From positions 1 to 51,115 of the IMG/VR virus record IMGVR_UViG_3300031472_000142: 51,115 nucleotides of DNA, one strand, 5' to 3'. This DNA is from a virus (lineage: Duplodnaviria > Caudoviricetes). The translations under genes were made by a program, and so were the position numbers. Positions 17,083-26,200 of this stretch are shown here, piece by piece (within the stretch, counting starts at the first letter, position 1; each line of letters starts with the position of its first letter). The notes below the pieces were generated by a model. That model was not told the DNA's origin, did no database searches, and saw only the letters and a program-made list of their open reading frames with translations.

Positions 17083-19074
17083 ATGCCTGCTCCGTTCATC
17101 TTCACAAACTTCGCGGGCACGCTCGCGGCGACTATCGACAGCATGACACCCTCGGGCGATGTGGGATTACCCTGGGTGCTCATACCAGAGTCAGCCGGTA
17201 TGTCAGTCGTCTACAGCACAAATGGTTCCATCAGACTCAATCCGTCTGGCGGGTCGGGTTTAGCGGGATACATTGATACGGCTGTCCCCCCTCTGGCTGA
17301 CTACGATATCACCTTCGGTGTCAATCCGCTGACAGTTAGCCAGCAAACACAGGCTGGTGCGATCTTTCGCTATGTTACGGGCCTCGGAAACGGGTTTTAC
17401 TACCTGAGCTACTACAGCATCTACGGTGCTGCAAACGTCACGCTGAAACGCGTCAACAACACAAGCGGCGGGGGTGTTACGACCAACCTCGCCGCTGCTC
17501 CTATGACATACGGGGCAGCCGCGTCGTTCACGGTCGAGGTACGAGGACCACGCATCCAGGTGTTCGTCACGGGAAACCAAACGCCCGTCATCGACTACAC
17601 GGATACGAGCCCCCTAACGGCCGCCGGGCGCATCGGCGTGTATATGCAAAACCTGGATAGTTCGCCCGTGTCATCAGACACGACGGGCCTTCACCTCGCG
17701 GGACCTTTCAGGGTGTCTCCCCCTACGCCTGTGCTGACCCCCAGCGTGACAACCCTGGTTGCCAGCACGGCAAGCCAAGCAGTCACGCTAACGGGGCAAT
17801 ACACCAACCTCGCCGCCGGTAGCATCTCCATTTCGGCAAACAACACCCCGACGACGTCGCCCACCATCGTCAGTCAGTTCGAGTCTGGATCCACCGCCAC
17901 ATCCGATCTCATCCACATCACGCCCGGCACGGGGTACACGTCGTATCCGTCGACGCTGACGTTGACGGACACGACGGACGGCTCGATTGTGGCGACGATT
18001 CAGGTCACGAACCCCGCGTATTTCGCGGTCGCGCCATCGAACGCGGCGGTCGCGGTCGGCGTCGCGCAGCAGTTCACGGCCAACCCGTCAACCGGCAGCC
18101 CTGCTGTCACGTGGTCCGCCACCAACGGCACGGGCGCGGGCACGATCACGGCGGGTGGTGTCTTGACGGGAACGGCGCCCGGCACGGTCATGGTCACGGC
18201 CTCCGCTCCCGGCTATGCGTCATCCACTGTGACCGTCAACGTCACACCAGCGATTGCACCGACCGCGCCGGTCATCACCCTGACGCCGACGACGGGCGGC
18301 AACGTGATCGCAATCACCGGGGCGTCCGCGCAGGGCACGAGTCCCATCGCGGGCTACGCACTTTATGCGGGCGCGTCTCCGGGCGGCGAAGGCACGGCCC
18401 CCGTGGCCACCCTAGCGCCCTCAACGGTACCTCTTCAGTTTCCCGCGCAGTCCGCGGCCGCGGTTGGGACGCTCAAGTATTACACCGCGAAGGCGTACGA
18501 TAGCACCGGGACGCCAAACTACTCCGCGCCATCGAACGAAGTTGTACAGCGCACCAGCGCCCTGATCGCCAGCGGGACAACGTATCAAACCGCGTCACAG
18601 GCTCCCTATGGGCCGTCGTCTACCGGGTTGGCCGCCACGCTTGGGTATACCGTCTACGACACGGCGGCCCCCGTCGCGGGCGTGCTCGTGCCCCACACCG
18701 CGGGCGCAACATCCGAAATCCCAGGGACGGGCGTGTACGCCGCGCCGTTGGCGCTCGATGTAGCCTGGGGAAGCGTCCAGGTTTTGTGGGATGCGCCAGC
18801 GGGATCGGGTGCGTATGTAGACTTGATCCCCCCGTTCATGCGCCTCGATCCCGCCCAAAGTACGGCCGGCGCCCCCAAAGGTACCGTCCTGGGTGGCATT
18901 CGCAATGCCGAGGCCCGCGCGGTTGGCCCCGTCGCCGTGGCGCCCGCGACGATCGGGGCCGTGACGGGGCCGGGAACCCTCACCGTCAAGGACGCATCCG
19001 CGGCTAATGTAACTGTGCAGGTCTACACCATCGACCGCCTAGAGGCGCCGTTCGTCCTCACGCCCACCATGTAA
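17083..19074 (+). CDS. Virion accessory protein with lectin-like, Ig-like (Big) and FN3 domains
   Basis: Beta-sandwich N-terminus; QQFTA...VTWS...GTITAGGVLTG (Ig); YYTAKAYD...SAPSNEV (FN3). Confidence 0.7.
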   Translation: MPAPFIFTNFAGTLAATIDSMTPSGDVGLPWVLIPESAGMSVVYSTNGSIRLNPSGGSGLAGYIDTAVPPLADYDITFGVNPLTVSQQTQAGAIFRYVTGLGNGFYYLSYYSIYGAANVTLKRVNNTSGGGVTTNLAAAPMTYGAAASFTVEVRGPRIQVFVTGNQTPVIDYTDTSPLTAAGRIGVYMQNLDSSPVSSDTTGLHLAGPFRVSPPTPVLTPSVTTLVASTASQAVTLTGQYTNLAAGSISISANNTPTTSPTIVSQFESGSTATSDLIHITPGTGYTSYPSTLTLTDTTDGSIVATIQVTNPAYFAVAPSNAAVAVGVAQQFTANPSTGSPAVTWSATNGTGAGTITAGGVLTGTAPGTVMVTASAPGYASSTVTVNVTPAIAPTAPVITLTPTTGGNVIAITGASAQGTSPIAGYALYAGASPGGEGTAPVATLAPSTVPLQFPAQSAAAVGTLKYYTAKAYDSTGTPNYSAPSNEVVQRTSALIASGTTYQTASQAPYGPSSTGLAATLGYTVYDTAAPVAGVLVPHTAGATSEIPGTGVYAAPLALDVAWGSVQVLWDAPAGSGAYVDLIPPFMRLDPAQSTAGAPKGTVLGGIRNAEARAVGPVAVAPATIGAVTGPGTLTVKDASAANVTVQVYTIDRLEAPFVLTPTM

Positions 19075-19100
19075 ATCCGAATGAGCGAAAGGAGCCTACG

Positions 19101-19334
19101 ATGTCCACACTCGTCACCGGTGGCCTGGGTGGGGTCGCGCCGCCCGGACCGCCCGCGCCACCCGCGCCGGGACAAACCGTCGCGATTCGGTATACGGGGA
19201 CGTTCCCGATCGAGGTGACATTTCCCTTCACGGGGAAGGATATGATCGTCTCTCCCGGCGATACGATCACCGTGGACGCGCGCGATGTCGCCGCGTGGGA
19301 CGCGTCGCCGCGTCCCTGGATCCGCGTCTCATAG
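19101..19334 (+). CDS. Small protein, paralog of the N-terminus of 20893-21327
   Basis: AAGGAG RBS; IRYTG.FPIEV...IVSPGDTITV...AW...PRPW. Confidence 0.75.
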   Translation: MSTLVTGGLGGVAPPGPPAPPAPGQTVAIRYTGTFPIEVTFPFTGKDMIVSPGDTITVDARDVAAWDASPRPWIRVS

Positions 19335-19828
19335 TGGATACGTACACGGTTACCCTGCACGGGCTGACCGAGGCCGACCGTGCCCTCCTCATGGCCGAGC
19401 AGGGCGTCATCGCCGCGCGGCGCGACCGCGCGCTGGGCGAGGTGGCCACCGCCCTAAAGGAGCGTCTGGCTGAGACCGCGCCGCGCTCCGCGACGCCGGG
19501 GCCACAGGGGCGCCTGGCGGACCTCTTTGCGACGTCGGGCGTGCGGCGCGACGGCTCCAGCGCCGAGGTAGACATCTTGAACCCCAAGATGGTCGGTAAG
19601 CAGCGCCTCAGCTTGACCTATCTCCTGACGGTTGGCACGCGGGCGCACGCCATTCCCAACGCCTTCGGCCGCGGCCTGAACTTCGGCACGCGGCCCACGT
19701 TCCATCCGGGCACGCGGCCCCATCCATTCGTCAAAGAGGCCGTGGCGCGCCTGGACGCCGCGCCCATGCAGCGCCTGGCCGATCATCTGGCGATTACGAT
19801 GGTTGGGAAAGGGGACGACGCGCCATGA
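19334..19828 (+). CDS. HK97 gp10-like tail completion protein
   Basis: GTRAHAI...HPGTRPHPFV motif. Confidence 0.75.
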   Translation: MDTYTVTLHGLTEADRALLMAEQGVIAARRDRALGEVATALKERLAETAPRSATPGPQGRLADLFATSGVRRDGSSAEVDILNPKMVGKQRLSLTYLLTVGTRAHAIPNAFGRGLNFGTRPTFHPGTRPHPFVKEAVARLDAAPMQRLADHLAITMVGKGDDAP

Positions 19829-20166
19829 TCGCCGCGAGAGACAGGCAGCACGGGAGGGTTGTCATGCATTCAGAGATCACACAGGACATGTTGAATGAGG
19901 TCTACGCCGACAGAAACCGCTTGGCGCAACTCGCGTCCCACCTTGCGGCGCGGCTTGGCTACGCAACAGGTTTCGACGTAACGCCCCAGGATCCGGAATG
20001 GCCAGTCCTTTATATCGACCTCCCCACGGGTCAGGTATCCTGGCACATTCCGCGCGCCCAGGTGTGGCCGCACTATACCTACCAAGGGACGTGGGATGGA
20101 CACGACAACACCGTCAAGGCCAACCGGATACTTGCCCTGGTCAGCGGACAGAATAGCCCCGTATGA
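19825..20166 (+). CDS. WDGH-motif phage protein
   Basis: YADRNRL...IDLPTGQVSWH...WDGH. Confidence 0.75.
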   Translation: MIAARDRQHGRVVMHSEITQDMLNEVYADRNRLAQLASHLAARLGYATGFDVTPQDPEWPVLYIDLPTGQVSWHIPRAQVWPHYTYQGTWDGHDNTVKANRILALVSGQNSPV

Positions 20167-20315
20167 ACACGCTCAGTTGGCTTGGATCGGGTCTGTGGGA
20201 GTCGTGGCGGCAGCACAGCGGCCCCATCGGCATGCCCCACCAGATGAGTGACAGGTGGCGGCGACCGTGGAAGGCCCGCCGGCGGGCGGCCCGTGATCGC
20301 CGGCAGGGGCGATGA
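20163..20315 (+). CDS. Small basic Trp/Arg-rich protein (50 aa)
   Basis: Manual ORF; ATGA overlaps at both ends. Confidence 0.5.
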   Translation: MNTLSWLGSGLWESWRQHSGPIGMPHQMSDRWRRPWKARRRAARDRRQGR

Positions 20316-20407
20316 TGAGCAACGATCTCCTGTTCTACCTCCTGCTAGGCCTCGTCTGCACGCCGCTCCTAGCAGCCCTCGCTGTCGACTGGTGGCACAG
20401 TCGATGA
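20312..20407 (+). CDS. Single-TM micro-protein (31 aa)
   Basis: MMSNDLLFYLLLGLVCTPLLAALAVDWWHSR; ATGA overlaps at both ends. Confidence 0.6.
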   Translation: MMSNDLLFYLLLGLVCTPLLAALAVDWWHSR

Positions 20408-20868
20408 GTGAGCAGACGACGCTCATGGCGCTCCAGACGTTTTTCCAGAACGCAACCACGTTCCCAACGCTGGCTGGCGTCTACCTGGACAGTCCGCCCC
20501 TGCCGTTCGATGGCCCCTATCCCATCGTCGTGTTGGAGCCAGACAACCAGGACCAGATGACCGAAAGCCAAATGAGCGACTATCTGGTCGGGTACTACCG
20601 CGTCCGCTACTTCGACGAGTTGGGTGACGACCCCAACAACCTGACCAGCGTCGGGGTCGCACGGGCGAAGGCGCGGGCGTTTGCGGCGGCAACGCGCAAC
20701 GCGTTGCGCGCGAACTACACGCTGGGCGGCGCGGTCGGCATCGCCGGCAAGGGCAATCCCGGCACGCGGGCATTGTACGGCGCGATCCAGGCCATGAAGG
20801 ACGATAGCGACCTGCCGATCTACGAGTTCGTGCAGCTCGTGCTCGTACGCGGTTTGTTGGAGAGTTAG
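20404..20868 (+). CDS. Tail terminator/completion protein (putative)
   Basis: Synteny; VY...P.....YPIVVL pattern. Confidence 0.6.
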   Translation: MSEQTTLMALQTFFQNATTFPTLAGVYLDSPPLPFDGPYPIVVLEPDNQDQMTESQMSDYLVGYYRVRYFDELGDDPNNLTSVGVARAKARAFAAATRNALRANYTLGGAVGIAGKGNPGTRALYGAIQAMKDDSDLPIYEFVQLVLVRGLLES

Positions 20869-20892
20869 TCACCAGCCCGGAGGAGGCAAACG

Positions 20893-21327
20893 ATGAGCGA
20901 GAACGCGCAGGCGCCCATGCCTGACACACAGATCAGGTACACCGGCAGTCACCCTATCGAGGTGGCGCTATCCCTTGATGATGCGCTGCGCATCGTCAAC
21001 CCCGGCGACACGATCAGCGTTCCGACGCGCGAGGTGGATGCATGGGACGATGCTCCGCGTCCATGGGAGCGCGTTGTCACCGACACGCCGCCCCCTGTCA
21101 CCGACACGCCGCCCCCTGTCACCGACACGCCGCCCCCTGTCACCGACACGCCGCCCCCTGTCACCGACACGCCGCCCGACACGGCGCCCATCCAGGAGTC
21201 GGCGTCTCCGCCCGACACGGCGCCCGACGCGCCGCCGCCGTCGTCGTCGCAGTCCATCCAAGAGTCGGCGATGGCTGCCGCGTTCCCTTTTGCGGCGGCC
21301 GCTGAGGCCGGGCAACCTGCTGTTTAA
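20893..21327 (+). CDS. Small-domain protein with Pro-rich repeat tail
   Basis: GGAGGAGG RBS; VTDTPPP repeats. Confidence 0.75.
   Translation: MSENAQAPMPDTQIRYTGSHPIEVALSLDDALRIVNPGDTISVPTREVDAWDDAPRPWERVVTDTPPPVTDTPPPVTDTPPPVTDTPPPVTDTPPDTAPIQESASPPDTAPDAPPPSSSQSIQESAMAAAFPFAAAAEAGQPAV
21076..21177 (+). repeat. 21-bp coding tandem repeat (about 4.9 copies)
   Basis: gtcaccgacacgccgccccct. Confidence 0.95.
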
Positions 21328-21409
21328 CGCGCCGACCAGGCGCATCACTCCGTCACGCCCCCCCGCGGGGCGCGCGCAACCCGAAAGCGCGGAAAGGATC
21401 ACGTGACCC

Positions 21410-22441
21410 ATGCCTCTCACCTCCGCGGTTGGCCGAACCGCCCAGATCGGCGTCGCGCGTCAGACGGCAGGCGAGGGGACGCCTATCGTGCCCACGTCAT
21501 CGAGCGCCAACACCTCGTTCATGAAGTTTCAATCGGGATCCAAGGTGCGCCCCCAGTCGACCATCGTTCGTGAGTTCGAGGGCGATGGGCAACGCGGACA
21601 GGGGCTCCAGACCAAGAAGGCTCAGTGGGGTATGGGCAAGTTGATTACTCTTGCCCGACCCAACGACCTGGCCTACCTGTTGGGAGCGTTCTGCGGCGCC
21701 GGTTCGGACACGGTGACGGCGCCCGTCGCGCCGGCGGTGAACTCCGGTCACGCCATCGTTCCCGCGTCGTCGAACAACAACGACTATTTCACCATCGTGC
21801 AAAACCTGGCCGGCGGGTACCTCCGCCAGGTCAGCGACGCGATCTGCACCAAGCTCGTGTTGTCGGCGTCCAAAGACGCGCCGTGGCTCAAGGCCGACAG
21901 TGACTGGATGGGCACGACGACGACGCAAAGCGGAGCGGTCACGTCGGCTCAGTTCCAGCCCAACATGCCCTTCCTGTTTTTCGGCGTCAACTTCAGCAAT
22001 CCCATCGCCAGCCTAAACGGCGCACTCCAGGCTCTGACCATTACCCTGGACGCCCCCGTCACAATGACCGATTTCCAGACCGAGAGCGTGACCGGAAACC
22101 CGCTAAAGGCCGCCAACATCGTGGTCACGTTCGATATAAGCGTCCTGTGGCAGGACGGCGGCGCAGCGGCCTACGCCTACTACGGGTCCACGGCCGGCCT
22201 GACGGACGCCATCCAGTTGCCGATGGGCGCGTTGGCGGCGACGTTCCAGTGCCAGGACGACACGACGCAGACAACAACGCTGACCCTGCCCAACGCCGCT
22301 TTCGACGAAGATGACTTCGAGCCCGACCCCTCGGGTAAGCCCGTCATCCAAAAGATAACGGGCGGCTCCATCAGGACCGCTGGCAATCCCGCGTTTAGCG
22401 CCGTCGTGACGTGCACGGGCGCCGCCAAGTACAGCAGCTAA
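21410..22441 (+). CDS. Major tail (tube) protein
   Basis: Synteny, 343 aa, beta-rich, precedes chaperone and tape measure. Confidence 0.8.
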   Translation: MPLTSAVGRTAQIGVARQTAGEGTPIVPTSSSANTSFMKFQSGSKVRPQSTIVREFEGDGQRGQGLQTKKAQWGMGKLITLARPNDLAYLLGAFCGAGSDTVTAPVAPAVNSGHAIVPASSNNNDYFTIVQNLAGGYLRQVSDAICTKLVLSASKDAPWLKADSDWMGTTTTQSGAVTSAQFQPNMPFLFFGVNFSNPIASLNGALQALTITLDAPVTMTDFQTESVTGNPLKAANIVVTFDISVLWQDGGAAAYAYYGSTAGLTDAIQLPMGALAATFQCQDDTTQTTTLTLPNAAFDEDDFEPDPSGKPVIQKITGGSIRTAGNPAFSAVVTCTGAAKYSS

Positions 22442-22459
22442 CGGGGGGAGCCCGCCGCT

Positions 22460-22503
22460 CCCTAAAGGGCGTTTTCACCATAGCTTGAAAACGCCCTTTA
22501 GGG
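22460..22503. other. Perfect 18-bp inverted repeat after the tail tube gene
   Basis: ccctaaagggcgttttca - 8 nt - tgaaaacgccctttaggg. Confidence 0.85.
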
Positions 22504-22530
22504 GCAGGACGCGTAGCCGAAAGGGATCGT

Positions 22531-22965
22531 ATGGCCCATCTCAACCTGGATACGGTCGGCGATGAGCCGACCTTTACCATTACCAAAGACGGCCGCGACT
22601 TCGAGATCGTGGTGGACATGCCACTGGTGACGGTGGCCATGCTCCTGCACCAGTCGGACGCGCTGGCCGCCGGCAGCATTGACACGCCGACGTTCGACAA
22701 GCTCACGCGTTCTCTCTACTCTCTATTCCATCGTCGGACGCCCGACGTCACGCAGGAGTGGATCGAGGACACCTTCAGCGCGAGTGAGGCGAATAAGATC
22801 ATCACTTTTTTGTCTTCCCAAATCCGGCAGGGCAACGCGCAGGCGGGGGAGCAGACGGACGACGCGGCAACGGAGACGCGGATCCCGCCGCCGCCGCGCT
22901 CCGAGCGGCGCGCGCACGGGGCGAGATCCGCTCAGGCTTCGACGCCGCTGACGACGACGACCTAG
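22531..22965 (+). CDS. Tail assembly chaperone (G)
   Basis: Between tube and tape measure genes; contains a slippery site. Confidence 0.8.
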   Translation: MAHLNLDTVGDEPTFTITKDGRDFEIVVDMPLVTVAMLLHQSDALAAGSIDTPTFDKLTRSLYSLFHRRTPDVTQEWIEDTFSASEANKIITFLSSQIRQGNAQAGEQTDDAATETRIPPPPRSERRAHGARSAQASTPLTTTT

Positions 22966-23192
22966 GCGCCTCGTTGCCGAGCGGTCGCGATCCCGACGAA
23001 ATTGACCTGCTGGCCTTAGCCCTCGACGTCGCCAAGTTCTACGGCTGGCCCCTCCGCACGGTGACGCACGAGACGCCAATCCACCAGTTCTGGGCCGCGC
23101 TCGACTACGCCCGATGGCGGCGTGAGGAAGCCATCCGCCAGGCGGGCGACGGTCCGCTTGCCCCGCTGTTTGCTTTGTTAGGGATGATGTGA
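22531..23192 (+). CDS. Tail assembly chaperone G-T via -1 frameshift at T TTT TTG (22806-22812)
   Basis: XXXYYYZ heptamer in the correct phase. The -1 frame opens just after an upstream TAA and stays open to 23192. Confidence 0.75.
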
Positions 23193-23211
23193 GCGTGGAC
23201 AGGGAGGGGCC

Positions 23212-26200
23212 ATGAGCAATGCCGACGCCCACTCCGAGATCATTATTACTATACGAGGTAACAGTCAGAGCCTCGATGAGGCCGCGGCCCGGGCGCGGGC
23301 CGCGCTGGGCGCGATGGGCGAGAGCGCCAACACCTCGTCGCATCGCCTGGACGCGCACGCGCGAGCTGAGCACGCCGCCGCGCGCGGGGCTGAGGAACTG
23401 GCGGCAGGCACGCGACTGGCGTCCGACGCCTTCCAGTTGTTCAACATCGGCGGCCAGAACTCATACTATCAACTCATGTCGCTGGGCGGGATCACCAAGG
23501 AGATGAGCGGCAGCATGGGCATGTTGCGCGGCGCGCTGATCGGCGCGGCGCAGTCCATGGCCGTCCTCGGCGCCATCTCCTTTTTGTCGGGCGCCGTCAA
23601 AGACGCCATGGATGGGGAGGCGGCGACGGAGCGCCTGCGCGCGGCGGCGGGGCGCGCAGGCCAGTCGTTCGAGCAGCTCAATCGGCAGGTGGAGGACGGG
23701 TCGCAACAGTGGGCGCGCTACGGCGTCACGGCGGCCCAGGTGCGCGACGTGTTAGCGCGTGGCGTCAGCGCCGGCGTGTCCGGCGGGACGCTGCTGGGCA
23801 ACCCGCGCGCCCTGGCTGACACCGCCGCCCTCCTCAAGACGGACGTGGGCGGCGCGCTGACGGCGATTACGACGGGGGCCAGCGGGGCCGTCAAAATCCT
23901 GACCGCGCTCAATGTGCCGATCTACCAGCAGCAACGCATACTGCAGCAGATCCGCTACGAGAACGCCAACGCCCGCGCGTCGCAGCTCCTGGGCCTGGTG
24001 GAGCATAGTGGATACGCCGGCGGGGCCGACGCGCAGGCCCGCACGGCCCAGGGCAATTTCAAGGCGCTGAACGCGGCATTGCACGACCTGCAGGAGACGG
24101 CGGGCAAGGACATCGTGCCCGCGCTGTCCGACATGGCCCGCGCCCTGGCCGGCGTCCTCACCAGCGCCGACCACCTCCTCTCGGGTTTTGGCGGCCTCGG
24201 CAACGTCCTGCGGGCGACGTGGCTACCCCTGGTGGGACTGGGCATTGTCCTGTTCACTGGCCTACGCTCCGTCGTCTTCGACCTGGCTGGTAAGCTGATC
24301 GGCGCCGTGGCTCAGGCGCTGGGCCTAACGACGCAGCACATGGTAGAAGCGTCGGACGAGGCCCATAAGCTGGCCGACGACGTGGCCAGTATCCCGACCA
24401 TGGCCGAGACCGTTGCCATCTTCAACGACACGGCGGCAAAGGCGGAGAAAGACGGGGTGTACATCCCCGACGTCCTGTCCATCCCCAAGATCGCGCCGAC
24501 CGTCGCCACGTTCGACGCCACCGCCGCGAAGGCTGCTATCGAGGGCGCGCAGGCGTACGCCGCCGCGCATCCCGTCCGTGTCCCGGTGGACTACATCGAC
24601 GGCGCGTTCCGCGAAGCGCCAGTGGCGCCGCTCACCATCCCCGTCCGCTACGATACAGCCAACGCCTTCGTCGAGGCGACGGCGACGCCCATCGATGTCC
24701 CCGTGCGCTATGACACGTCCGCCGCGCTGACGGAAGCGTCTCCCGCGCCAATGACCGTGCCGGTGCGGTATGAAACGACCAGCGCCCTGGTGGAAACGCC
24801 CCCCACACCCTTGGTCGTGCCCGTGTCGTACGACACCGTGCATCCGCTGGTGGAAGCCACCCCGACGCCCCTCACCGTCCCGGTCCGCTACGACACGACC
24901 AACGCCCTGACAGAGGAGCGTCCCGCGCCGCTCACCGTCCCGGTGCGCTACGACACCGCAAACGCGTTCCACGAGGCCACCACGACCCCTCTGGTCGTGC
25001 CGGTGCGCTACGACACGACGCGCGCGTTCGTGGAGGCGCACGCCACGGCCATCGATGTCCCCGTGCGCTATGACACGACGCGCGCGTTCCACGAGGCAAC
25101 GGCGGTCCCGCTCACCGTGCCGGTGCGCTACGACACCAAAAACGCATTCCATGAGGCAACAGCCACCGAGATCGACGTGCCGGTGCGCTACGTTGAGAGG
25201 AACACGCTGCACGAGGCTGCCGCCCACCCCATCGACGTGCCTGTCGTGACGCACAATGTCGATCAAGGCAGGCTCGACCGGGAGATCGGGCAGGCGGACG
25301 CCTACGCCGCCGCCCATCCAGTCAACCTCCCCGTCGTCACGCACAACGTCGACGAGGCCCGTATCGAGCGTGAGGTCCGCGCCGCGCAGGCCTACGCCAC
25401 TGCCCACCCGGTTGAGGCGCCCGTCCGCACCATGGGCACGGTCCACGTGGCGGCCACAGGCGCGACGCTAGACGTGACGCCGGTCCTCGATCCCCGGCAC
25501 GCGACCCTGGACGCCGCGATCCGCACCACCGTCCAGAACGAGGTCAACGCCGGCGGTCCGGTCAAGATCTTTGTCACGCCGCAGTGGGTCAAAGGCGCGG
25601 GGCACGCGCTGGCGGGCGGACTCGCGATGGGCGCGGGCGTGGCCATCACGAGCGCCATCTTCCAATCCGTCAAGATCGATCACGTGGACGGTTTCACCGC
25701 GCCCAGCGCCAAGGCGCCGCCCGCGCCGCAGGTGCATGTGACCGTGCCGGCGGTCAAGTTCCCCTCGCAACAGCACGTCGTCGTCGATAATGTGGGGGCC
25801 ATCGGGTCGGCCATCGCGGGCGGCAAGCCGCCGCCCGCCGCGCCAGTTAGTTCGAGCCACGGCGCGCCCCCCTTGCCCCAGACGGGCAATGCGGTTAACG
25901 TGCGCGTCATGAACGCCTATGACATCGGATCAGCGGGTAATCCGATCCATCTGTCGGCGACGACGCCGATCAACGCCACCATCAACACGACCAAGCCGTT
26001 CGCCGTGTCACAGAGTGGCGGGTGGAAAGTCAGCATCGGTAGCATCGACTGGGGCGCGCTCGCCGAGATGGCCGTGGCCATGGCGGCGGGCAGCTTGGCG
26101 ACACAGGGCATCATGGGGCTGCTCTCAAAAGGTGGGCCGGCGATCTGGGGATACCTCAGCAAGCTCCTCGGCGACATCAAAGGGCCGCGCGACGGGCCTG

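Noticed and set aside
21076-21177. Tandem repeats as a CRISPR array
   Set aside because: No spacers; in-frame coding repeat. The same applies to 24628-25227. No cas genes seen.
22460-22503. IS200/IS605 end or MITE
   Set aside because: No transposase/TnpB and no second full copy; only short cctaaagg matches elsewhere.
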